Below, piece after piece: positions 7,877-15,789 of a stretch of 28,644 bases of DNA. A program made the translations under genes and the position numbers. The stretch comes from Prasinococcaceae sp. CCMP 1430 (Eukaryota > Plantae > Prasinodermophyta), in the NCBI GenBank assembly GCA_013416795.1, contig RQSC01000005.1, positions 163,878 through 192,521 of the forward strand, given 5' to 3'. The notes beneath the pieces are model-generated. The model ran no database searches. It saw only the letters and a list, made by a program, of their open reading frames with translations, and had not been told where the DNA came from. Positions within the stretch are counted from its first letter, which is position 1; each line of letters begins with the position of its first letter.

Positions 7877-10516
7877 CCTCCTCGACCAGCTTGAGCGCGA
7901 CGCCCGGCCACATCTGATCCAATGCTTCCACCTTCTCCACCGCGCGCAGTGATTCCTTCAGCGCCTCCACCACGAACGCGCGCGACGCCCGGCCGGCCGG
8001 CGTGCTCTCGGGCGACACGCGGCGCGCCTCGCTGTGCGGCTTGGGCGCAGCGCGCAACCGCATGGTCGTCACACGCGCAAACATCGCCTTGGCCCTCGAG
8101 CGCTCCGCAGCTGTGACCGCGGACCCGTTGAGCACCGTGAGCGAGGGCAGGCAGTGAACGGTATACATGCGGAAAGCCTTCAGCGCGACCACCGGGTTCT
8201 GTCAGGAGAAGGCGGGGTGCCAGGCACGTCACAGGCGAGCTCGGGGTCAGCGCGCATGCTCCACGCGCGGGCGCGCGGGCGCGGGCGCGGGCGCGCGCCG
8301 CACACGCGCGGGCGAGGACAACTCCGCGAGTCTCTCACTTTTGCATCCACCTCGAGCGCCTTGAGCTCGCTCAGCGCTGCCAGCACATCCACCTGGGCCA
8401 GCGAGCGCACGTCACACTCGCCAATGCGTAGCTCCGCCAGGTCGGGCATGCGCCGCAGCAGTGGGAGCAGTGACGAGCATACGCTCGCCCAAGGCACCAG
8501 CTCCAGCGAAACACACGTCACTTCGCGCTGGTGCGCCTCGACGCCCACCGTCAAGGCGGGACCGTCTCCGTACAACACCAGCCTTGAGGCCACGCCGCTC
8601 ACCTGCTGAAGCTCGGCGAGGCCAACCGGCGCGTTCGCGCGCGCCTGTGCGCTCGCCGATTCTCGGCCGTTTGGCGCGGGTTCGTCCTGCTCGCCTCTCA
8701 TTGCCGCTGCCCACTGCCTCGTGATCGCCTCAAGGTCCTGGTCACGCTGCGTCTTCCTCTCAGCCGCGCCGGACTGCTCACCGACGGCAGCCCGGTCCTC
8801 CTCGGTGACGGGCACAAGGTCGAGCGTCTGCAGCCAGGGTACCTTCGCTACGATGGTGGATCTGTAGAGATCCTTCTGCGCAGCTACGACCGCGGGATTG
8901 CCTTCGAGTGCCAGCTCCGTGAGCTTGGCGCACTCTGAGAGCACATCGGCGTCGCTGAGCGACTCGATGCGATTGTGGCTCAGGAAAAGACGCCGCAGCA
9001 TGGGCGGCAGGCGGCGATGCGCTGCCGACGCGCCCTCATTGCAAGGCGCCAAGCCCTCGATGACGTTGCGCCGGAGATTGAGCTCCATGAGAGAGCGAAG
9101 GCTGCGGATGTTCTCCACCTCGCGGATGGCGTTGCCTGCCAGGTTGAGGACGCGCAGCTGGTGCAGCTGGTCGAGCCCCTCGATGCGTTGGATGCGATTC
9201 GAGTGCAGGTCAAGCACGTCCAGCTTGCGCAGCTGGGACAGCCCCGAGATCGCCTGGATGCGGTTGCGCCCCAGCATCAGCACGCGCAGCAGCGGCACCG
9301 CCTCCAGCCCCGTGATCTCCTCCAGCGCGTTTGAGTACAGGTCAAGGAAGACAAGATTCGGCAGCGCGCGGAGCCTGCTGATGGAGCGGATGGCATTGTG
9401 CTGGTAGTTGAGCAGACGCAGGCGCTCCTCGCCCTCGAGGACGCAGCACTCGCTCAGGTTGCGCTTGTCCAGGTTGAGCCGCTCCGGCGCGGCGTCCCTG
9501 CTCTGTCGCGCGCGAACAACAACGGGCGTGGCCACCGCGAGGGGGCTCTCGGCAAACAGCACGCCATCGTCCGGACGCAGTGTCGGCGAGTAGTTGCGTG
9601 GCAGCACGAGCGAGCGTAGGACGCCCGCTTCGCTCAGGGCCTGGCGCAGCTCCATGCCTGCCGCCTCCTCTGTCGCAAACGCGTCTGCGGCGGCACCGCC
9701 GAGAGAGTCAACGGCAACGGTCTCGAGCCCCCTGTCCGCGGTCTTGCCGGGACGCGGACACGGCAGCGTGCCACGCTGCTGCTCTTGGTGCTGCGCTGTC
9801 GATTGCCGCACTCCGCCGGTCACACTTTGAACACTCCTGCTGCGTGGCGTTGCTCTCGACCGGGCGCTACTGGGGTCACTCCGTACCCGCCTGAACCTCC
9901 GTTGGGAGCCGCCCTCGCACGCGTACCTGTCCGTTGTGCCTGCCGGCGCTGCCGCCGCGGACAAGTGTAACGAGCGCCTCAACAGCGACTGGGAGCGATC
10001 CTGCATCTCCCCAGGAGCCAGGCTGCCACCACCATTGCCACCATTGCTGCCGCCGCCGCCTGTATCCGCACCGATCGAGTTCGTGTCAATGCCCGTGCTG
10101 TACCCGAGCTTCCGACCTTGCACGGAGTACATCGCCGCTGCGGCTTCCATGCGAGAGCCCCAGGAGTGGCCGCGGAGCTGGGGCGCTGGCCCTGGCGAGG
10201 GCACGAGGCGCTTCGGTGGCAACGCCGTTGACACCTTTGACGCGCGCATGAGCCTGCCTGCAGCGCTCGCCGATGGTGCGCGAACGTACTTTGCCGCGGA
10301 GGCGCGCGCGAGCGTGTGGGCAGGCGCTGACGCCGGCGGCGGGCTGCTTGACCTCCGCGGACCGCCCCTCGCGGCTGCCGTCGCTGCAGCGGCAGCGGCC
10401 GCGTCCGCCGCCGATGCTGCTGCCATCCAGTGCTCGCCGAACTCGCGCAGTGCCGATGGCGAGCTGCGAGATGGGCTGGGTGGTGGCCGCCCCCCGTTGG
10501 CCGCCCGGCGCGACAT
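7877..10516 (-). CDS. LRRC49: LRRC49-like leucine-rich-repeat protein (tubulin polyglutamylase complex / centriole-associated); exons 8339..10516 and 7877..8198, terminal exon around 7640-7820 unresolved
   Basis: SDS22-type LRR array RLNLDKRNL..C.VLEGEERLRLLNYQHNAI...LVFLDLYSN.LEEI.GL...LRVLMLGRNRI...LDVLDLHSNRI...LRVLNLAGNAI...LMELNLRRNVI matches LRRC49 as I recall it, as do NPVV..F R.Y and ALDQMWP near the C-terminus. Intron 8199-8338 (AAA|GTGAGA...CTGACAG|AAC) is in frame. A further GTACGT donor lies at 7876. Confidence 0.8.
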
Positions 10517-10842
10517 CCTCGCGCTCCCCAGCTGGCAACAAGGCTGGCGCAGCGCGGCACGGCGCTGCGCTGCGCGGCGCTGCGGCACGGTTTCGGCACA
10601 CGCGCGCCCGCGAGGCCTTCCCACGCGGCGGCGCGAGGCCTCTCGCGCGCCGTCGAAGTCGCCTTGGGTGGCGGCGGCCGCGGCCGCCTTTGCCGCCGTT
10701 CGCGCCGCTGCGCGCGCGGGCGATGTGGTGCAGTTGTTACGAGGCGCGCCAAATCCCCGACCCACCAGAAAACGCTCAATTGCGCGAGCGCGGCGCGGTC
10801 GCCGCCACACGGGGCACGCGACGCGACGGTGCGGTGCTCTCT

Positions 10843-10901
10843 GCTCGCCCCCCCACAGGCGCGCTCGCCCCCCCACAGGCGCGCTCGCCCCCCCCCCCCC
10901 C
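10843..10901. repeat. 20-bp tandem repeat (GCTCGCCCCCCCACAGGCGC x2 plus a partial copy) ending in a C homopolymer
   Basis: Direct inspection: units at 10843-10862 and 10863-10882, and a partial unit running into poly-C. Lies between the divergent LRRC49 and TRM10 starts. Confidence 0.8.
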
Positions 10902-10976
10902 ACCCCCCTTCGTTTCGCCCACACTCTCTCTGCCCCCCGACCGGGCGTCCCACCCAGCGCCGCACCCGCTCAGCGC

Positions 10977-12011
10977 ATGGCCCACACGCCGATGGACGCT
11001 GCTGTCGCCGCGGGTGATTGTGATGGTGATGGCCATGACACGGGCGGCACGAGAGGCGCGGCAGACAGGCCAGGCGCCGAGGCCTCGGCGAGCGCGGGGA
11101 GGCGCGAGGCGCGCTTGGCGGCGCGGGAGAAGGCGCGGCGCGCGACGCGTGAGCGGCGGCGCATCACGGCGCGCGACGCCGCGGCGGCTCGGCGCTCAGA
11201 CGTCGCTGCGCGCCGCGAGCGCGGCGACACAGAGGATGCGCAGGAGAGGGCCGCGCGATACGCGGCCACATCTGCTCGACATGCCGCACGCGAGAGGCGG
11301 AGGCTAGTCAAGGAGACGCTCGCGGCCCCGTGGTCTGACGGCGGCGCGGCGGGCCTGCGCGTGGCAATCGAACTTGGATGGGAGGACACGATGAATGAGC
11401 GAGAGCGCGCGTCGCTCTCAACGCAAGTCACGCACGCGTACGGTAGCGTGCTCAGGCGCTGTGCGGAGGAGCGCCTCGCGCCGCTGCGCATGGCTCTCAC
11501 TGGCTGCGCTCGAGCTGCCGACACGCTGGCGCGCATCGACAAGGCCGGCGGTGCAGAGAAGTGGCCAGTGCCGAGGTTGGAGCCGTCCTTCGCAGAGGCG
11601 CTGCCGGCAGTGTGCTCGCCCGCAGAGGACGGAGCCGCGAGAGGAACTCCCGTCAGGATCGTCGTCATGTCCCCCGATGCGGAAGAGCCTCTGCGCGAGG
11701 TCGCGAAGGACGCTGTGTACGTCGTAGGGGGGCTCTGTGATTACAAGCGCTCGGTGCAGACCACACTCAACGGCGCGCGAGCGAGCGGTGTGTGTGCGCG
11801 GCGGCTGCCGCTGGCCGAGACGCTGGGCGCCAGCGTGCCGTCGGTCACTATTCTGACAGTCGACCAGTGCGTGGCGGCGCTTCACCTCGCTCACGCCAAT
11901 GGCGGCGACTGGGGCGCCGCGCTGCGGGCTGCGCTGCCGCAACGCAAGCTGCGGGCAGTCGAAGCGCCCTCGGCGGTGAGCGGGGCCGCTGCTGACGACA
12001 AGGCCGCATGA
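10977..12011 (+). CDS. TRM10: tRNA (guanine-N1)-methyltransferase Trm10 family (SPOUT), 344 aa; single exon
   Basis: LRVAIELGWEDTMNERERASLSTQVTHAYG, VMSPDAEEPL...VYVVGGLCD, ARRLPL, ILTVDQ..., DWGAALRAALPQRK. The start could instead be ATG 10992. Confidence 0.88.
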   Translation: MAHTPMDAAVAAGDCDGDGHDTGGTRGAADRPGAEASASAGRREARLAAREKARRATRERRRITARDAAAARRSDVAARRERGDTEDAQERAARYAATSARHAARERRRLVKETLAAPWSDGGAAGLRVAIELGWEDTMNERERASLSTQVTHAYGSVLRRCAEERLAPLRMALTGCARAADTLARIDKAGGAEKWPVPRLEPSFAEALPAVCSPAEDGAARGTPVRIVVMSPDAEEPLREVAKDAVYVVGGLCDYKRSVQTTLNGARASGVCARRLPLAETLGASVPSVTILTVDQCVAALHLAHANGGDWGAALRAALPQRKLRAVEAPSAVSGAAADDKAA

Positions 12012-12059
12012 CGCCGGTCCATGGCGTCGGCCCACGGCTGTGCCCCTGTTGTACGACTT

Positions 12060-12064
12060 TGTAA
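12060..12064 (+). terminator. Candidate chlorophyte-type polyadenylation signal TGTAA for TRM10
   Basis: TGTAA about 50 nt after the TRM10 stop; UGUAA is the established poly(A) signal in chlorophytes. Confidence 0.4.
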
Positions 12065-12113
12065 TAGTACGTGTACATGCCCTTACCAAGTGTCACAGCT
12101 TTTGCGCGGCCGA

Positions 12114-13158
12114 CTACTCGTACTGTATGGCCACCTCCTTCAGGTTGCCGACCTTGTTGGGGGGCCAGTACCGAAGCGTGGCATGCCCGAGCACGTTTTC
12201 GAGCGGCACGGGACCCCACACGTGCGAGTCGTAGCTGTTGTTCCTGTTGGGAGGACGCACGCGCGGGGAGTCAGACACGGCGAGTGCGCGTCCGAGAGAG
12301 GAGGGCGAGGCGGGGAAGAGTCAGGCGCGGCGTGCGCGGCGGCGCACATCGCTCGCTCGCGCTCTCGCGCGCTGCGGGCACGCGCACAGAGCGCTCGAGC
12401 GCTCACCTATTATCTCCCATCACGAAAATCTGGCCCTCCGGGACCGTGTACTCGACCATTTCGTAGGTGGGCTTCTCGTTCGTGAATGGCTCGTCCTGAG
12501 GCACGCCGTTCACGTACAGCAATCCGTCGTGCACGCGCACGCTGTCGCCGCCGGTGCCGACGACGCGCTTGATGAAGACCTCGCCCGCGGGGTAGCCGCG
12601 CTCCTGCAGCGCCTCGGGGGCCTTGAATATGATCACATCGCCGCGCGCGGGCGGGCGCTCGAACCTGTACGTGATCTTCTCGGCGAAGATCCTGTCGCCC
12701 ACGTCGAGAGTGGGGTACATGCTGAGACTGGGGATGAAGCGCGGCTCCGCCACCAGAGCGCGCACGCCCAGCGAGATGCCGAACGCCCACAGCACCGTCT
12801 GCACGTCGTCAAGGTTCAGGCGCAGGTCCTCGGGCACCCATTCGGGCCAAGGAAATTCGCCCTCGTCGCCCTCGTCCTCGTCGACGGAGGCCGCGCCGTC
12901 GCCGCCGCCGCCCCCCTTGCCGCCCTCGCCGCCGGCCGCGCGCGGGCGCACTCGCGCGCCGCCGCCGCTCGCCGCCGCTGCTCGCCGCAGCGGCAAGGTG
13001 CGCGCGCGATGGCAGCCGCCATCACTGCCACCGCCACCGCCACTGCCTCGTGCGCGTGTCGCACGCGCCTCTCCCCCCCCCCCCCTCTGCTGCGCGCGCG
13101 CACCGTGTGGCGGGGTGCAGCCCAAAGACCTGCCGCCGGCGGCCCGCTCGAGCGACAT
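12114..13158 (-). CDS. PLSP1: Thylakoidal processing peptidase (type I signal peptidase, Plsp1-like); complement(join(12114..12243,12407..13158)), 293 aa
   Basis: [14 protein letters not shown] (catalytic Ser), FIKRVV (catalytic Lys), [18 protein letters not shown]..., RYWPP. Intron 12244-12406 (AG|GTGAGC...AACAG|G) restores GDNRNNS. The N-terminus is transit-peptide-like. Confidence 0.92.
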
Positions 13159-13196
13159 CCACCGCGCCGAGGCGTGAGGTGGTCAGGGAAGATACG

Positions 13197-13245
13197 AACC
13201 CTAATCCGGGAATTACCCCAATGCGGCCCTAACGCGAACCCTAAC
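13197..13245. promoter_or_regulatory. Cluster of three telomere-like CCCTAA motifs (telo-box-like) in the PLSP1/bZIP divergent promoter
   Basis: AACCCTAA at 13197-13204, CCCTAAC at 13227-13233, AACCCTAAC at 13237-13245. Confidence 0.5.
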
Positions 13246-13729
13246 GAGGCCCTCGCGCGGGTTGGGTTGATCATGTTCAGGCCTCGCACTGCCGAAACAC
13301 AATCTATCTGCAGAGCAACCGACGGCACCATCGAAATGATGCTCGGACACGTCGCTAGATTTGATGTCAAAACAAGGAGTCGCTCTACACCGGATCCTCA
13401 CACGCACGTGTGGTTGACAGCAGTCGAGCGAGGCGACCGTACGCATGAAACTCGCCGAAACCAAAAAATTGAACTTTGCGATTCGTTCGCCGCAGCCGCG
13501 CACGCGGGGCAGGAGGGCGTCGCTGAGGTGGACCATGAGGTCGGCGAAGGGGGGGGGGGATGCGGCACATGGTGCGCGCTGCGCGCCGCGCCGTCTCCCC
13601 CCTCTTCTGGCTGGCTCGGCGCGGCGCCGCGCGGCGCCGCACGCGTAAGCGTTTGCCGTCGGCGGTATCTTGCGACGCCCGTTTGGGCAGCGCGGCAGCG
13701 GCAGCTGGGAGCGCCTGGAGGCACGGGCG

Positions 13730-14869
13730 ATGCCGGGGGACGCCGCCCCAGCGCCGGCAAAGGAAGCTGCGCTGAACCTCGGGGCGCTGGCGGCCGGCGG
13801 GGGCGGCGGTGCAGGCGGCGTGGGCGGCGGCGGAGCAGGCGGCGAAGCGACGGCGCCAAGCGGCGGGGGTGGCAGTGCGGCTGGGCCAAGCAGCGATCAG
13901 GCAGGCGGCGGTGCGCCAGGCGAGGGCGAGGATGTCCGCTCTGGAGATGACGCGCGCGAGGGCGCACTGGGCGGTGAGGGCGGTGGCGAACCTCGCGGCG
14001 CCCCCTCGGGGGGCGCTGGTGCCGAAACGCTGGAGGCCGACGCAGCAGGTCCATCAATTGAAGCTGCGCCGGTGCTGACGAGAAAGCGGGCTCCGAAGGA
14101 GCTCTTCATCGCCAAGGACGGCGCTGCCGAGGATGGCAGCACTGACGAAAGCGAGAAGAAGAAGCGGATGCTCAAGCTAAACCGCGCCGCGCAGATCCGG
14201 TACCGCGCTCGGCGCAAGCTCAAGGAGCAAGAACTGAAAGACGGCCTAAGCGAGCTACAGAGTGCGCGAGAAGAGCTCGTCCATAACAAGGCGCTAGTGC
14301 TGGGCCTGACGCAGCGGAATGCTGCCCTGGGGCGCGCGCTCACAACAACGCTGGCAGAAAACGCGACGCTGCGGACCATGGTAGCAAACCTGGTGCCAGG
14401 AATTTTTGGGGAGCAAGCGGCGACGGCGAATGTAGCCGATCCGAACCAGTGGCTCGCGCTTGGCCTGGGCTGGGCCGTGCCGGGGCAGCCGCAGCCGCAG
14501 CTAGCACAGCAGCAGCAGCAATCGCCGCAGCAGCAGCTCCAACTGCTGCTAGGCGCTCAGGCGGCTCAGCCTGGCGGGCTCGGAGCGAATCAAGCTGAGG
14601 TGCCGCCAGCGAACCCGCTCGTACAAACAACCCCGTACCCTCTGGTGCAGCCAGCGCCAGCGAGACCACCCGGCGCATTCAACGGGGCGGGGGGGCTGCT
14701 GCCGACTCAAGGGCAAGGTTCATCCCAGCTCCAGCCGACTTTGCAACCGAGTCTTGCCCTCACCGACTACCACACTGCCGCTACCGACGCGCGGCAAAGC
14801 GGCCGTGGTCGGCGTGGCGACGGGGAGGATGACCGTGGTCAAGGTGACCATGGTCGCCCATCGCGCTGA
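13730..14869 (+). CDS. bZIP transcription factor with Gln/Pro-rich C-terminal region, 379 aa
   Basis: Basic region KKKRMLKLNRAAQIRYRARRK (N-x7-R) followed by a long Leu-heptad coiled coil, then QQQQQSPQQQLQ. The ORF-track start at 13670 is TTG; the first ATG is 13730. Confidence 0.8.
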   Translation: MPGDAAPAPAKEAALNLGALAAGGGGGAGGVGGGGAGGEATAPSGGGGSAAGPSSDQAGGGAPGEGEDVRSGDDAREGALGGEGGGEPRGAPSGGAGAETLEADAAGPSIEAAPVLTRKRAPKELFIAKDGAAEDGSTDESEKKKRMLKLNRAAQIRYRARRKLKEQELKDGLSELQSAREELVHNKALVLGLTQRNAALGRALTTTLAENATLRTMVANLVPGIFGEQAATANVADPNQWLALGLGWAVPGQPQPQLAQQQQQSPQQQLQLLLGAQAAQPGGLGANQAEVPPANPLVQTTPYPLVQPAPARPPGAFNGAGGLLPTQGQGSSQLQPTLQPSLALTDYHTAATDARQSGRGRRGDGEDDRGQGDHGRPSR

Positions 14870-15789
14870 CGGGGCCGGGAACGCTCGGCCTGGCGGCTTG
14901 GCGAAGTGGACGACGGCTGCAATGACCCCGTTCTTGTCAGCACAGCATGAGCAATTCTTGCTCTTGCTATGCAGGAAACTCGCACGCGGTAGACTCTGGT
15001 GGGGGCTAGCCAGCCAACAAGCTGGTGCGCGTACATCTCCGGGTATTCTACCACCTAGAAGCACTGCAGAAGTAGGAGCTAGCTGAGCTGCAGCTGGCTC
15101 TCGCTAGACTCTACTAGCTCTAGACTACAGCGGCAGCGTAGCACGTCGTCACTGTTGTACCGTCTGGTGACACGACCTGCTCGCGGGTCCGTCTGCCCAT
15201 CCTCGTTGTAGCGTCGTCGACGACGCGTGTCGAGCATGGACGTGAATTTCATGGACCACGGAGATCGGACGATGGCCGGCGTGCAGTTCGCCTCCGCAGT
15301 TTTTTTTTTTGCGCGCGCATTTTCTGCACCGTGCCTTTGCGCGCGCACGCGCAGCCGGCCTCATTTTGATTTTCATTGCCCGCTTTCGCTTTCGCTTACG
15401 CACCGTGCGGGCCGGGAAACACACTTCCGAAAGCGAAAACTCGGCGCGCACACACTAAAACGCGAACGAAAGATGCGGACGCGGCGGCAGCAATCGCAGG
15501 GCCCCCGCTAAAAAAAGAGTGAGCGCGCACCCCTGCATGCACCCGCTCGCTGCAAGGGCGCCACACGCGCGCCGCCGGGCAGGCCCCGGGGGGGCGGGTG
15601 GGAGCGCTCGGCAAGACCGCGCGCGCCTCTTCGGCCGTCACCAGGAACGGGCTCTTCTCGAAGACGTTGCGTGGCTGCGCGGCGCGCTCTGTGCGCGCGG
15701 GGGTGAGTTGGGGGCAGGGGGCGGGCGGCTGCCGCGCGGGGCGTGGCCGCGCGGCGGCTGTTGCTGGGGAGGACGCGGCAGCAGGAGCG

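Noticed and set aside
9936-10976. 1-kb N-terminal extension of TRM10 overlapping LRRC49 antisense
   Set aside because: It is low-complexity, passes through the repeat/poly-C promoter region, and Trm10-like sequence starts only after 10977.
15079-15348. Small minus-strand ORF (MKFTSMLDTRRRRRY...)
   Set aside because: No recognisable motif or splice support, and its 5' part runs through a homopolymer tract.
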